A stretch of DNA of 64,000 nt from assembly GCA_963847445.1 (NCBI GenBank), contig CAWJZV010000042.1:162726-226725 (forward strand), given 5' to 3'. The notes under the pieces were generated by a model. It ran no database searches and was not told where the DNA came from. It saw only the letters and a program-made list of their open reading frames with translations. This stretch comes from an uncultured delta proteobacterium (GTDB lineage: Bacteria > Desulfobacterota > Binatia > UBA9968). Position 1 is the stretch's first letter. The number at the start of each line of letters is the position of its first letter. Of this stretch, positions 54,720 through 64,000 are shown in pieces. Position numbers and translations under genes: made by a program.

Positions 54720-56619
54720 ATGGTAACGAGACAGAGCGCGGATTCCAGCAACAAGAAGCGGTCTTGGAATTTGGATTGGATCTTTGATGCCGCTAAAAAA
54801 GACACAGTCATCCGTTTGCGTTGGCCGTTGGTCATTTTTTCCTCGTATCTGCTCTACTACGCGCCAGTCGAGTGGTTTACGCCGACGCAGGTCCAAGCAA
54901 TTCTGAGTCTCTATCTTCTGAGCCACGCCACACTGTATTTTTTGGCGGATGATTTCTTCGATTCGCCGTATTTTTACGGGCCTTTGTTGATCTTCGACAG
55001 TTTGGTGTTGATTGTCGTCTTGAGTGCCAGCAGTGCGGCCACTCCCGACTTTTACATCGCCTGTATAGTTACTCTCGATCTTGAGTGTCATTTGTAACGA
55101 CGCGCGCGGTCTTTTGGTCGTCACGTTCCTGGCACCGCTGCTCTACGGTTACGCGCTATTCAGCTCGTCGACGGTCATAAAGCCGGCGCTCTTTCTCCAG
55201 TTGCCGTTTCCTTTTGTGATCTCACTCTTCTACGGCTACTTCGCTCAAGTCGGCAGAATGCGCCGATTGGCACAGGTAAAAGAGCAAGAGGTGCGGCGCG
55301 AGCAGCTGGCCGCGGAAGAACTGCGCCGCCAGCGCGAGCGCTTGGAGGCGATGCATGAAGTCAACGTCGCCGTGACATCGACCAACGAAACTCGAAGCAT
55401 TCTCACTGCGCTCTTAGAGAAAACCTTAAGCCACTTGCCCTATGCCGCGGCGCTGGTTCGGTTGCGCGATCCGCAGTCGCAGCTGGTCGAGACGGTTGCC
55501 GCCAAGGGCTTCGATACCAAAGAGCGGTTGGACGCGGATACGCTCAGCTATGTCGATGGGATCATGAAAGCCACCGAGCCATTGATCGTGCGCAACGTCT
55601 TTGCCGATGCGCGGTTCGAGAATTTGGCGTTTTTCAAGAAAGAAGGTTTGGTGTCGATCATCGGCCTGCCGCTGGTGGCCAACCACGAAACCCTCGGCTG
55701 CCTTGTCTATGGAGCCCGTGAAGAACATGGCTTTGGCGCTGAAGAAGTCGAGTTTTTAGACACGCTAGCCGGCCAAGCCGCCATGGCGATCCACCACTCG
55801 CAGTTGTACCGCCAAAGCCAACAGCAGACCGAAGCACTGCGTCATGCGCACAAGATCAAAGATGAGTTTCTCAAGGTGGTGTCAAACGAATTGAAAACGC
55901 CGCTCAGCGTGATCGCCGGTTACACCGACATGTTCAACCAGGGATTGTTGGGCCAACTGACGCCGATTCAGGAGAAGGCGATCGCAACCATTGAGCGGCA
56001 GTCGAAAGAGCTTGGCGGTCTTATCAACACGGTTCTGCGGGTGAGCGATATCGAGTCGGAGGCTCTGTGCGCCAGCGAGAATGAAATCAATCTGTGGGAA
56101 TTTCTGTCCGAGCTGCGCTCGCAGTACGATACCCCTCGGGAGAAAAACGTCAAACTCATCTGGGATTATCCGGCGGATTTGCCGACCATCCAAAGTGACC
56201 GGCCCAAGCTCAAACGCATTGCCGAAAATCTGATCAACAATGCCGTCAAGTTTACCGAGCATGGCACCGTGACGATTTCGCTGTACTATTTGGCAGCGGC
56301 CAAAATTCTTGAGCTCACGGTGGCCGATACCGGAATCGGTATGGCGAGCGAACGGCGCGGCGTGATCTTCGAGAAGTTCCGCCAGCTACACGATTCCCAA
56401 CGGGTACCGCAGCATGGCGGCATCGGATTGGGACTCTACATCGTCAGGAAGTACATGGACATTCTCGGCGGTGAGATTCGCGTCGACAGCGAGCCGGGAA
56501 AGGGCTCGACGTTTACCATGCGCATCCCGATAGCGCTCTACAAACAAGCGATGCTGCACGAACAGCTTTTGCTGCCTACCGGAATCGAAACACCAAGGGT
56601 TGGTATAGAGTTAAGATAG
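54720..56619 (+). CDS. Multi-TM GAF sensor kinase-like protein; H-box His replaced by Asn (indel near 55075)
   Basis: TM bundle, GAF domain, KDEFLKVVSNELKTPL, NLINNAVKFT, DTGIG, GIGLGL. Confidence 0.82.
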
Positions 56620-56648
56620 TTGCAGCGCCCAGAAGCGGCGCAGAATAT

Positions 56649-57215
56649 TTAGCGCGGCGTATCGGAAATCGCCCGGTTGCCACGTTTCAAATACATTTTA
56701 ACCCAATGGTCGTAAAGATTGTCGGGCCGAAAGACGTCGATCCGTTTGCGGCCCTGGGCGGTCTCGACAACAATGCTGACGGATAGCTCCTGCCAGGATA
56801 CCCCGAGCAGTCGTTCGTTGCGCTGTTCAACCAATGCCCCGATGGTGCGCATGAGCTGAGATAGACCGTGACCGTCGGCGCTGCGGCTGTGGCGCCGCCG
56901 CAGTTGGCGGCGGTCGCGCTCGATCCGGTCAAGATCCTGGAACGAATAGCGTAATCGCTTGGCGGGCTGCGACGAGGCATTGGTATAGGTCTCTTCTTGG
57001 CCGATCGCACGCGGCGCAATGCGATTCTTCCAAAGTTTTTGCAGGCGATTGCGGCTAATTCGCAGCAGCGGATTTTGGCTCGTCGTCGGCGACTCTGGGC
57101 GCAGCCAAACCAGGTAATTTTCGCTGGTGCATTCCAAATTGAATCTGTCGAGCTGAAGGTTCTCCAGATCGTGACCAATAACGCGCAAATGGCGCGCGTA
57201 ATCGCTATTGCCCAT
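56649..57215 (-). CDS. Hypothetical protein (basic, internal L-R-x-I-G repeat)
   Basis: Intact 188-aa ORF; YARHLRVIGHDLE and LSQLMRTIGALVE. Confidence 0.6.
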   Translation of the reverse strand: MGNSDYARHLRVIGHDLENLQLDRFNLECTSENYLVWLRPESPTTSQNPLLRISRNRLQKLWKNRIAPRAIGQEETYTNASSQPAKRLRYSFQDLDRIERDRRQLRRRHSRSADGHGLSQLMRTIGALVEQRNERLLGVSWQELSVSIVVETAQGRKRIDVFRPDNLYDHWVKMYLKRGNRAISDTPR

Positions 57216-57219
57216 GAAT

Positions 57220-57480
57220 CTATTGTTCTTGTGGGTATTGGGCGTCGTCGCCGGAGTCTGGTCCCTGCTGACAATCAATTTCAAGAGTCCGCGTTTGAAT
57301 GGCCGCGGCGCGCGCCGAACCCCTCTGCAAGATACTAAACACAGGCAATTTATAGTTGCAATTGAGGCAAAAGTTAGTCACCGCGACTTGGACGGCTTTG
57401 GGCAACCGCTTTGAGATGGAGAAGCCGAGATAGTAACCGCACTTGGGACAAGACCGGGCACGATAGTTAGACATCAACAT
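57220..57480 (-). CDS. Small Zn-ribbon-like protein
   Basis: CPKC...CLNC pair; stop lies 5 nt before the next ATG. Confidence 0.5.
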   Translation of the reverse strand: MLMSNYRARSCPKCGYYLGFSISKRLPKAVQVAVTNFCLNCNYKLPVFSILQRGSARAAAIQTRTLEIDCQQGPDSGDDAQYPQEQ

Positions 57481-57760
57481 ATTCTTTTCGGTGTCGGTTT
57501 TTATTCGTATCGTCGGCGAAAGTCAACAAATCAGCGCGGCTTTACCGCTAGAATCGAGGCGCGCTTTTGTTCTCACGCATTTGGGTGGTCTAATTTCTCA
57601 CGCTGTCATGGTTTGGCTACAATTGCGACGAATCTGCTGGGACTCAATGCCAAGAGGTTTTTTTCCGGGTTAAAATAATTAAGCCGTTCAAGCCGTTAAA
57701 ACGGTTGAGCCGTCAAAGATGCCAAAGCTGAAAGACTGCTCCTGGCTTTGCTCGTTGGCG

Positions 57761-59065
57761 TCAAACTTCGGTCGGTTTGTCAGCCTTGCTCTCCAACGAC
57801 GCCAGCGCTTTTTCCATCAATGCAATGCGCCAGCGCCGTTCTTCCTCGGCGGGCAGCTCCGGCTGGCCGACGGGATAATGAAACTTATTACCGCCGACGA
57901 TTCTGCCGACGCCAACTTGCGCGGCGACGTTGGCTAGGCAGGTGATGAGCACCACCGGGATTCCTTGTTTTTCAATTTCTTTGGCGATCGTAGCGCCGCT
58001 ACGCGTGCCGGTGCCTCACGTCGCAGTTAAGATGACTGCGTTGACACCGGAGTTCGCCAGTTCCCCGGCGATGCCGGCACCGAGCTCAGCCATCTTGCTG
58101 GGCATCGCGCCGGTGCCGGTGGTGACGAAATAGCGCTCGTGAAGTTTCTTGAAGCGTTGGGCCTTCTCCAGCTCGCGCATTGCATCCAGCGGCAGAATGC
58201 GGTCGGGATCTTGATCCACCATCGAGGTGTCGTAGCCGGTATGCATGGCTGCGAATTCGCCGCACTTCAAATCGTCCAGCCCGGCCAGCGAATATTTGAA
58301 ATACCGCGAGCCGCGCGAGCTTTCGAGCCGATCCGGATTACCCTTGGGCACGAGACCGCCTTCGGTGACGAGAGCCACTGTGGCGTCCTTCAAACTGCCG
58401 GTTAGATTGGGAATCGCGTGCTTCGCGGTGGCTATGACCGGAATCTCGCTTGCGTAGGCTTCGCCGTTAAGCTTGGCGAGCAAGAGATCGACGGCGCGGA
58501 CATAATCCGGCTTGCCGGTTCTGACGGTAAAGCGGCGTGCAATCGGCAAGCAATGCTCGGCGCGAAAGGCTTCCGCGGCCGCGGGGTCTTGCGCTATCAA
58601 TAGTTCAAGCAGCGCGGAAAAGCGTTTTGCCACTTCAGCCATGGACGCCGTGGAGGCGCCGGTTTGCACGACGAATACTTGGCGGCCGATCTCCTGTGTG
58701 CCCGGATTGTTTTCATGCATGCCGGTGATTGCCGGAATGCGCCAGTTGTCGCGCACCCAGCTGCACGCCTTGGCGCAGGCGATACCGTAGCGGCCGGCGT
58801 TGAAGGCTGGGCCGGCGAGGAAGAAATCGGGCTGAAACTGGTCGACGGCGTTGCGCATCGCTTGCAGCGCTTTCTCTTCCTGTTCATGAAAGTAGTTGTC
58901 GCCGCAGGCCAGCGTTGCATACGCGACGCCGTGCTGCTGCAGGCTCTTTGCGATTTCAACTCCGATACCGACCGCCTGTGGTAAAAATATAACTTCCTGT
59001 CCGGCCTTCTCTTCGCCGCCGATACCGGCGAAAAACTGATTCAGATAATGGAGCACTTTGATCAT
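57761..59065 (-). CDS. grdB: Glycine/sarcosine/betaine reductase selenoprotein B family; Sec at codon 350 (TGA 58016-58018)
   Basis: HYLNQFFAGIGGEEKA, CGDNYF, AGPAFNAGRYG, ALVTEGGLVPKGNPD; ILTAT-TGA-GTGTRSGATIAKEIEKQGIP continues in frame to 57761; SD GGAGG. Confidence 0.92.
57989..58003 (-). promoter_or_regulatory. Candidate bacterial SECIS hairpin
   Basis: CGTAGC-GGC-GCTACG perfect stem starting 12 nt after the TGA. Confidence 0.7.
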
Positions 59066-59104
59066 CTGATGCCTCCTCCAGGAATGGTGCAAGATTTGGG
59101 AACA

Positions 59105-59190
59105 TTCACCGCCGAGACGCAAAGGACGCGGAGAAATGTATTGTTGATAGATGTTGCTCCTAGCTCCGCGTCCTCTGTGCCTCTGTGGTG
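59105..59190. repeat. Inverted pair of 9-nt-period repeats between grdE and grdB
   Basis: ttcaccgccgagacgcaaaggacgcggag ... ctccgcgtcctctgtgcctctgtggtg. Confidence 0.75.
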
Positions 59191-59215
59191 CAATTCTTCT
59201 CGCAATTCAGTGGCC

Positions 59216-60502
59216 TTATGTTTCGTATGCCGCGCGAAAACCGCTCATGCCCATCTTGCTATAGGAACCGAAGAAAATCGTCGGGTCGAAGAGAAAAGGT
59301 TCACGCGCGTCATGGCGCGCTTTCAAGTGGAGGTCGATCTCAGGCCCGCCGATGACGCTGGTGAGCGGGGGAATATAAATTTTCTCCGATACGTTGCCGC
59401 GGCTGATCATGCCATCGGCCTCTTCTGGATGATCGACCAGCGGCCGCTCGTAGCCCTTGGGGCCATTGGATTCATGCAACACTGCGGCGGTCTTGATGCC
59501 TTCATCTTCGCATGCCTTGACGGTCTGCATGAAATCGACGGTGCCGTTGCCGGTGCCTTCCATGAAAGCCAGCGCGCCGTCAGCGTCCAAATTTCTTGCC
59601 AGCCGCGCCACCCACAGGCCCATCTTCTTTTTCTGTTCGAAGCTGTCGTTATAACCGCGCGACAAAATCACGCCGCGAAAGTTCACGCCCTGGCCGTGGC
59701 GGTTGAGCAATTCCCATATAAACGGATTGTCGCAGTGGAGCGAGGTCGGCAGCTTGCGCTCGCTCGTAAAGTTGCCGCTGACCAGCGCGCCGTCGAAAAA
59801 TTCCGCCGGATGGACGAATGTCGGCAGCGTTCGTGAGATTTCTTCGCCATAATAAAATGTCCGGGCGCAGCGCACTTGGCTTTGCACTTGGTAGATCAAG
59901 ACCACTTTGGGCAGACTCGCGTCCACCGATGTGAGCCCAATCCTGTGGCGCTGGGGCGCGGCGTGGTGCTTTTCCGCTTGGGCAATAAGGCGCGCGCAGC
60001 GCAGCGCCATGAGCCGGAGCGCGTGATCGAAGCCCGCATTGGAGACAGAAGCATCGGGAGTGAGCGACAGCACCAGATGAAAACAATCCGAGCCGTAGGA
60101 ATAAGGTGCGCCGACGCCGCTCATGTCGAGAATGCCCTCGCGCTGTTTCTCGATGGGGCTCAGTTCGTCGGCATGAGGGAAGCGGCCGGCGACGGTAATG
60201 AGCAGGTTGCGAATTCGCATTGTCTGTCCCGTTCCCACGAGAGCTGCGGGACCGTCGAATCCTGGAAAAGTCGAGCCGCCACCGGCGACTTTGGCGATCG
60301 GCAGGACCGTGTCGAGCACATGGACGATGCGCTTGGCTTCGCCGGGACGAGCGAGTTCGAAATCAACCCCGATGCCGTGACCAAGCTCGTCGATTTGCTT
60401 TTCAAGCTCGGCCCGGCAGAGCGACAGGGCGGCACCGTCAAGCCGCGTGCGCTCGCCCCATCCGAGTTCTCCGATTGAATAATCGAGCAGCTCCAGTTCC
60501 AT
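59216..60502 (-). CDS. Glycine/sarcosine/betaine reductase component B proprotein family (GrdE/GrdI-like)
   Basis: MELEL start, LARPGE..RI, FPG, VGTGQT, REGILDMSGVGAPYS, PTFVHPAEFFDGALVSGN, HGQGVNFRGVI, EGTGN. Confidence 0.88.
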   Translation of the reverse strand: MELELLDYSIGELGWGERTRLDGAALSLCRAELEKQIDELGHGIGVDFELARPGEAKRIVHVLDTVLPIAKVAGGGSTFPGFDGPAALVGTGQTMRIRNLLITVAGRFPHADELSPIEKQREGILDMSGVGAPYSYGSDCFHLVLSLTPDASVSNAGFDHALRLMALRCARLIAQAEKHHAAPQRHRIGLTSVDASLPKVVLIYQVQSQVRCARTFYYGEEISRTLPTFVHPAEFFDGALVSGNFTSERKLPTSLHCDNPFIWELLNRHGQGVNFRGVILSRGYNDSFEQKKKMGLWVARLARNLDADGALAFMEGTGNGTVDFMQTVKACEDEGIKTAAVLHESNGPKGYERPLVDHPEEADGMISRGNVSEKIYIPPLTSVIGGPEIDLHLKARHDAREPFLFDPTIFFGSYSKMGMSGFRAAYET

Positions 60503-60615
60503 CGCGCGATCCTTTCGACAAACGGCACGCTCAACGTTTATCGCGGCAGTAAGCTCGGTGTCAATGAAGTTCGCATCACCCCGATGCGGGTGCCGCACTG
60601 GAAGCAGGGTATTTC

Positions 60616-61000
60616 TTAAAATCGCGCGTTGACCCACTTTGCGACGTAGTCGAAAAAGTTTTTCACCGAATTGGAATAGTGCCCCTTAGATTCATCGCAC
60701 TCGGTGCATGGCGTGATGCCGTGGGTGGCGCCTTCGACGGTGATGAAGTCCTTGCCTTTGCTTTTGGCGACTTCGTAGTGGATCTCATTGTCGCGGATAA
60801 AGTAGTGGCCGCCCATGGCGCCAAACAGGACCGGGACGGAAATGCTTTACAGCGCGCAGACGGTGGAGTAGTTGTCCGAGCGCGGATCTAAGCACGGCAC
60901 CATGTAGCCGCGCTTGGCGAGCTCAGTGCATGCAAGACTGCCCATAACGTTGCCCGTGCGATGCACGACCAAGATGCCCAAAAGGGCGGCCGGCAACGGC
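60616..61000 (-). pseudogene. Alpha/beta-hydrolase-like gene with a large internal deletion and premature stop
   Basis: GILVVHRTGN..ACTELAKRGYMV..PRSDN joined directly to STVCAL*SISVPVLFGAMGGHY..VEGATHG; TAA at 60847-60849; no start codon. Confidence 0.6.
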
Positions 61001-61104
61001 GAAAAAATGTTGCCTATACGCACCGCGAAGCAATGGCTGCTTGGTCAGTAACCTTGCTGCGGCCGAAGCATGAGTCGGCTCTTAGCAAAAGGCGGAGGAA
61101 AAAT

Positions 61105-61162
61105 GGAGCGCGGGCTTTCTAGCCCGTGCTTCTGGTTTTGCGGACAGGAATGTCCGCGCTCC
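61105..61162. repeat. GGAG-headed REP-like inverted pair (related copy near 19261-19313)
   Basis: ggagcgcgggctttctagcccgtg ... gcggacaggaatgtccgcgctcc. Confidence 0.65.
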
Positions 61163-61234
61163 TGTTTATCGCAATTCGGCGCTGGAGCGGAAGGTGTCGG
61201 CGGCTACAATGCGATTTCGCCGAGGGTACGGCTA

Positions 61235-62717
61235 CTACTCCGGCGATGCCGGGAAAATCAGCGACTTGATGACCACCGGCGCGGCGCCGGAGGACGGAAT
61301 GAGCGCGCCGACGTTGATGAAGTCGAAGTCGCTAAGCGCGATGCCGTCGATGGAAATGATCGCGCTGTCCAGCTTCAGCTCTTCCTGGCAGTGCAGGCCG
61401 ATGATGCCGCCGATGTCGCCATCGTTGACTAAAACGAGTGGATGGCCTTTGGCGAGAATGTCTTTGAGACCTTCGGCCACGCCGCTGCAAAACGCTTGCA
61501 GGCGAAAAATGTCGCTGAGCCGTCCCAGTGAAAGGCCACGGCCACCGGCTGGCGGCCGTGCAGCATATCGAGGCGGCGCAGCGCGCTGAGTAATCGCGTC
61601 GCGCACCGAATCCTTGCTGAATTCCTCCTGAGCGAGAGGGAACTCCGGCGCGACCACGGCGATGTTGCGCACTGGCACCGCGTCGTCCGGCATGATGAAG
61701 ATGGTGTTGCCGCTCACTTGCACGGTGTACTGGGAGGCACCGATGACGGTGGCGCGGATGCGCGCGTTGGGTTCCATCATGAACAGGCCCAGGTTGCCGG
61801 CGCGTTTGCGCACTTCGTCGGCGATCAACGGCCCCAGGTCGCCGAAGCTGGTCTTGGCGCGATTGTAGATAAATTCCGAGACTCCGCCGGAAAACATCAC
61901 GCAATCGATCTCGCCGGTGTAGCTTAGCGGCGGCAAGCGCAAAAGGTTTTTGACGTTGTCGTCGATGTCGGCGGGTTTCAACATGGCGAACAGCTTGTCG
62001 ACCATGCCGGAAACCATTTTGCGTAAATTCTCTTCGGCGATTTTCTCGCCCATGGCCACCGAGAAGCCGGCCCAGCCAGCGTGTTCGCGGGCGGCTTCTT
62101 CGATGCGCACGACGGCGCCGTCTTTGTCGAAGGCGAGCAGGCGGGCACCGATGTCGATGGCCGAGACTTCCTGGACTTTGCCGTTGTTGCAGACGGCGAA
62201 CTTGCTGGTGCCGCCGCCGATGTCGATGTTCAAAACCACGCCGCCCATTTTTGCCGAGTGGGCCACGGCGCCCGAGCCGTGGGCGGCCATGGTCGCTTCA
62301 AGACCGTCGCCGGCGCTGACCGCGACGAACTTACCGGCTTCTTGAGCGAACAGTTCGCCGATGGCGCGGGCATTGCGCCGGCGCACGGCGACGCCGGTAA
62401 GGATCAACGCGCCGGTGTCGACTTGTTCACGGCCAATTTTGGCGATCTTATATTGGTCGTTGATAAACTTGCCCAAGGCTTCGACATCGATTCTTGTGTC
62501 GTCGACGTAGGGCGTCAGGAGGATTTGTGATTCGTTGATCACTTCGCGCTTGGTCACCCGATAGCGCGATCCTTCGAGGGTTAGTTCGAGGCGCGAAAAA
62601 ACCAGATGGGATGTCGACGATCCAATGTCGACGCCGACGCTGGTGAGCTTGAGGTTTTCCTCGTCTTGCATGTGGCGGTTGGCATTGGAAAAACGAACCT
62701 CTAGGTGCGGTGGCCAT
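61235..62717 (-). CDS. eutA: EutA-like reactivating factor (ASKHA/actin-fold ATPase; indels)
   Basis: SVGVDIGSSTSHLVFSRL, DTGALILTG, GKFVAVSAG, NIDIGGGTS, FSGGVSE, IRATVIGASQ, PVVIKSLIF. Confidence 0.85.
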
Positions 62718-62771
62718 AATTATTCCTGACAATTCTCAGTCGATGTTAGAAAGCGTTTGGGAGTGTGACGA

Positions 62772-62834
62772 TTTCGGGTTTCGAGTTACGGGTTTGGTGT
62801 TAACCCGAGACTTGAAACCCGTAACTCGGAACTT
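62772..62834. repeat. Inverted pair of 7-nt-period repeats
   Basis: tttcgggtttcgagttacgggttt ... aacccgagacttgaaacccgtaactcggaactt. Confidence 0.75.
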
Positions 62835-62837
62835 GGG

Positions 62838-64000
62838 CTAATAGGAGTTCTTGTAAAGGTCGGGTTCCATGCGCGATTTGGCGCCGACTGCGGCGAGGGT
62901 TTCTTCGAACTCTTTGCGCAGGTACGGATCTTCCTCGTTATATGGGATCGCCGTGCCGCCGTCTTTCATGTCGATGGCGCCGTAGTCGATGCCTTTTTCA
63001 CCGGGCTTGCCGCGATCGCGACCAGGGGCGTTGGGGCCGGACGAAGCCGCGAGACGCAGCGGCTCTTTGCCCGCGCCAAAGTGAGCGTGGAACCAATTCC
63101 CGCTCATTGGCGCGGCGCTGACCATGCCCACCGGTTCATAGTCCTGTCGTCTAATTTTTTCCGTTGTGCCTTTTTCCCAGGGATGGGTGCCCAGTACTGA
63201 CGGCCAGGTGTAGGTATATCCCTTGCCGCTGAGGAAGCTACACGGCGGCGGAGCCATGGGCGTGGGCTTTCGAGTAGCGCCCGGTTTCACGCTGGCCGAT
63301 CCACATGTAGAACTGCTGGCCGGCCATATGCGGTTCGATGCGCCGGTAACCCGGCGAGCGCCGGTTATCCATGGGCAACTCGCAAGCCATCACGTCCGGA
63401 ATGATATTGGTCTGGCGCATGGCGAGACCGCGCAGCGGATCGGGTGTCACTTCTTCTTTGTACTTGTAGTAGTCGTCGCTCGGATCGAAACGATCTTTGA
63501 AGTGATAGGGGCAATTGAAAATAAAATCGTCGTTGCCGAAATTATTCATAACGTTCGGCGCTGTAGTGCCGGCCAACAGCAGTGCCGGACTCGAGGTCGC
63601 ATTGACGATGCGATGGGTGGCATTCATGGGGATGGCAAACATCGAGCCTTTTTGCCATTCGAAGGTGATCTTTTTCGGATTGCCGTCGATCCAAACTTCC
63701 GTGGTGCCGCGGCCGTCGACGACGAGGTATTGTTCTTCGTACAAATGCTTTTCGGGATTCAAAGCGCCGGCGCCGGGAACCTCAACAACGTAGCAGCCCC
63801 ACAAACCTTCGGTGCCGAGAAGCTGAATAAAGGTGCCGTTGCCGCCCATGCGCTTCCACGGCTTGCGCGGTAAGTCCTGTACGCGGCGCACGCCGATGTC
63901 CCGATAGATCGGAATACCCTGCGACTCCATGTAATTGTCGTAAGGCGTGTTGGGCCGGAGAAATTTCCCATACCCTGCCCGGGTCTTATTATCCGTCGGT
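62838..64000 (-). CDS. Bicupin protein; 5' end outside window (indel near 63235)
   Basis: EKHLYEEQYLVVDGRG..FEWQKGSMFAIPMNATH and YSKAHAH..GKGY..WFHAHF. Confidence 0.82.

Noticed and set aside
57625-57655. Sigma-54 promoter (minus strand TTGGCATTGAG...) for the Zn-ribbon gene
   Set aside because: GG to GC spacing is not 10 nt
63238-63240. TAG read-through (pyrrolysine) in the bicupin
   Set aside because: The downstream part continues in a different frame, so it is an indel, not read-through
1-64000. Widespread frameshifts as programmed frameshifting or mass pseudogenisation
   Set aside because: Single-base indels hit housekeeping and accessory genes alike (argC, kdpA, kdpB, pcaH) with motifs intact on both sides; long-read consensus error is the simpler explanation

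Overview
GC-rich bacterial chromosome segment, probably from a long-read metagenome assembly: most genes carry 1-3 single-base indels, so many ORF-track entries are fragments that I re-joined by homology. The gene content (many orphan NMT1/THI5-type binding proteins, amidohydrolases, cupins, VOC proteins) resembles Candidatus Binatia or related soil deltaproteobacteria; this placement is inference. Order of content: a catabolic/transport patch (1-14.2 kb); a DsbA/FrnE selenoprotein split by its in-frame TGA; a protocatechuate cluster pcaD-C-H-G-B plus a two-subunit CoA transferase; a KimA-like K+ transporter; a type I restriction-modification locus carrying a four-helix-bundle gene and a Fic gene; a kdp operon with a sigma-54 promoter, a stand-alone KdpD N-terminal module, a separate HAMP kinase and an NtrC-type activator instead of KdpE; MFS transporter, argC, ABC genes and a Rieske oxygenase; a xanthine-dehydrogenase-family Mo enzyme; a GAF kinase with Asn at the phospho-His position; an atypical glycine/betaine-reductase component B pair (GrdB with Sec but U-x-x-G-x-x-S instead of U-x-x-C-x-x-C, GrdE without the usual cleavage-site cysteines); and an EutA-like ATPase paired with a bicupin. 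Intergenic spaces hold several families of short-period (7-9 nt) inverted repeats and REP-like hairpins. I found no rRNA, tRNA, CRISPR array, integrase or transposase.
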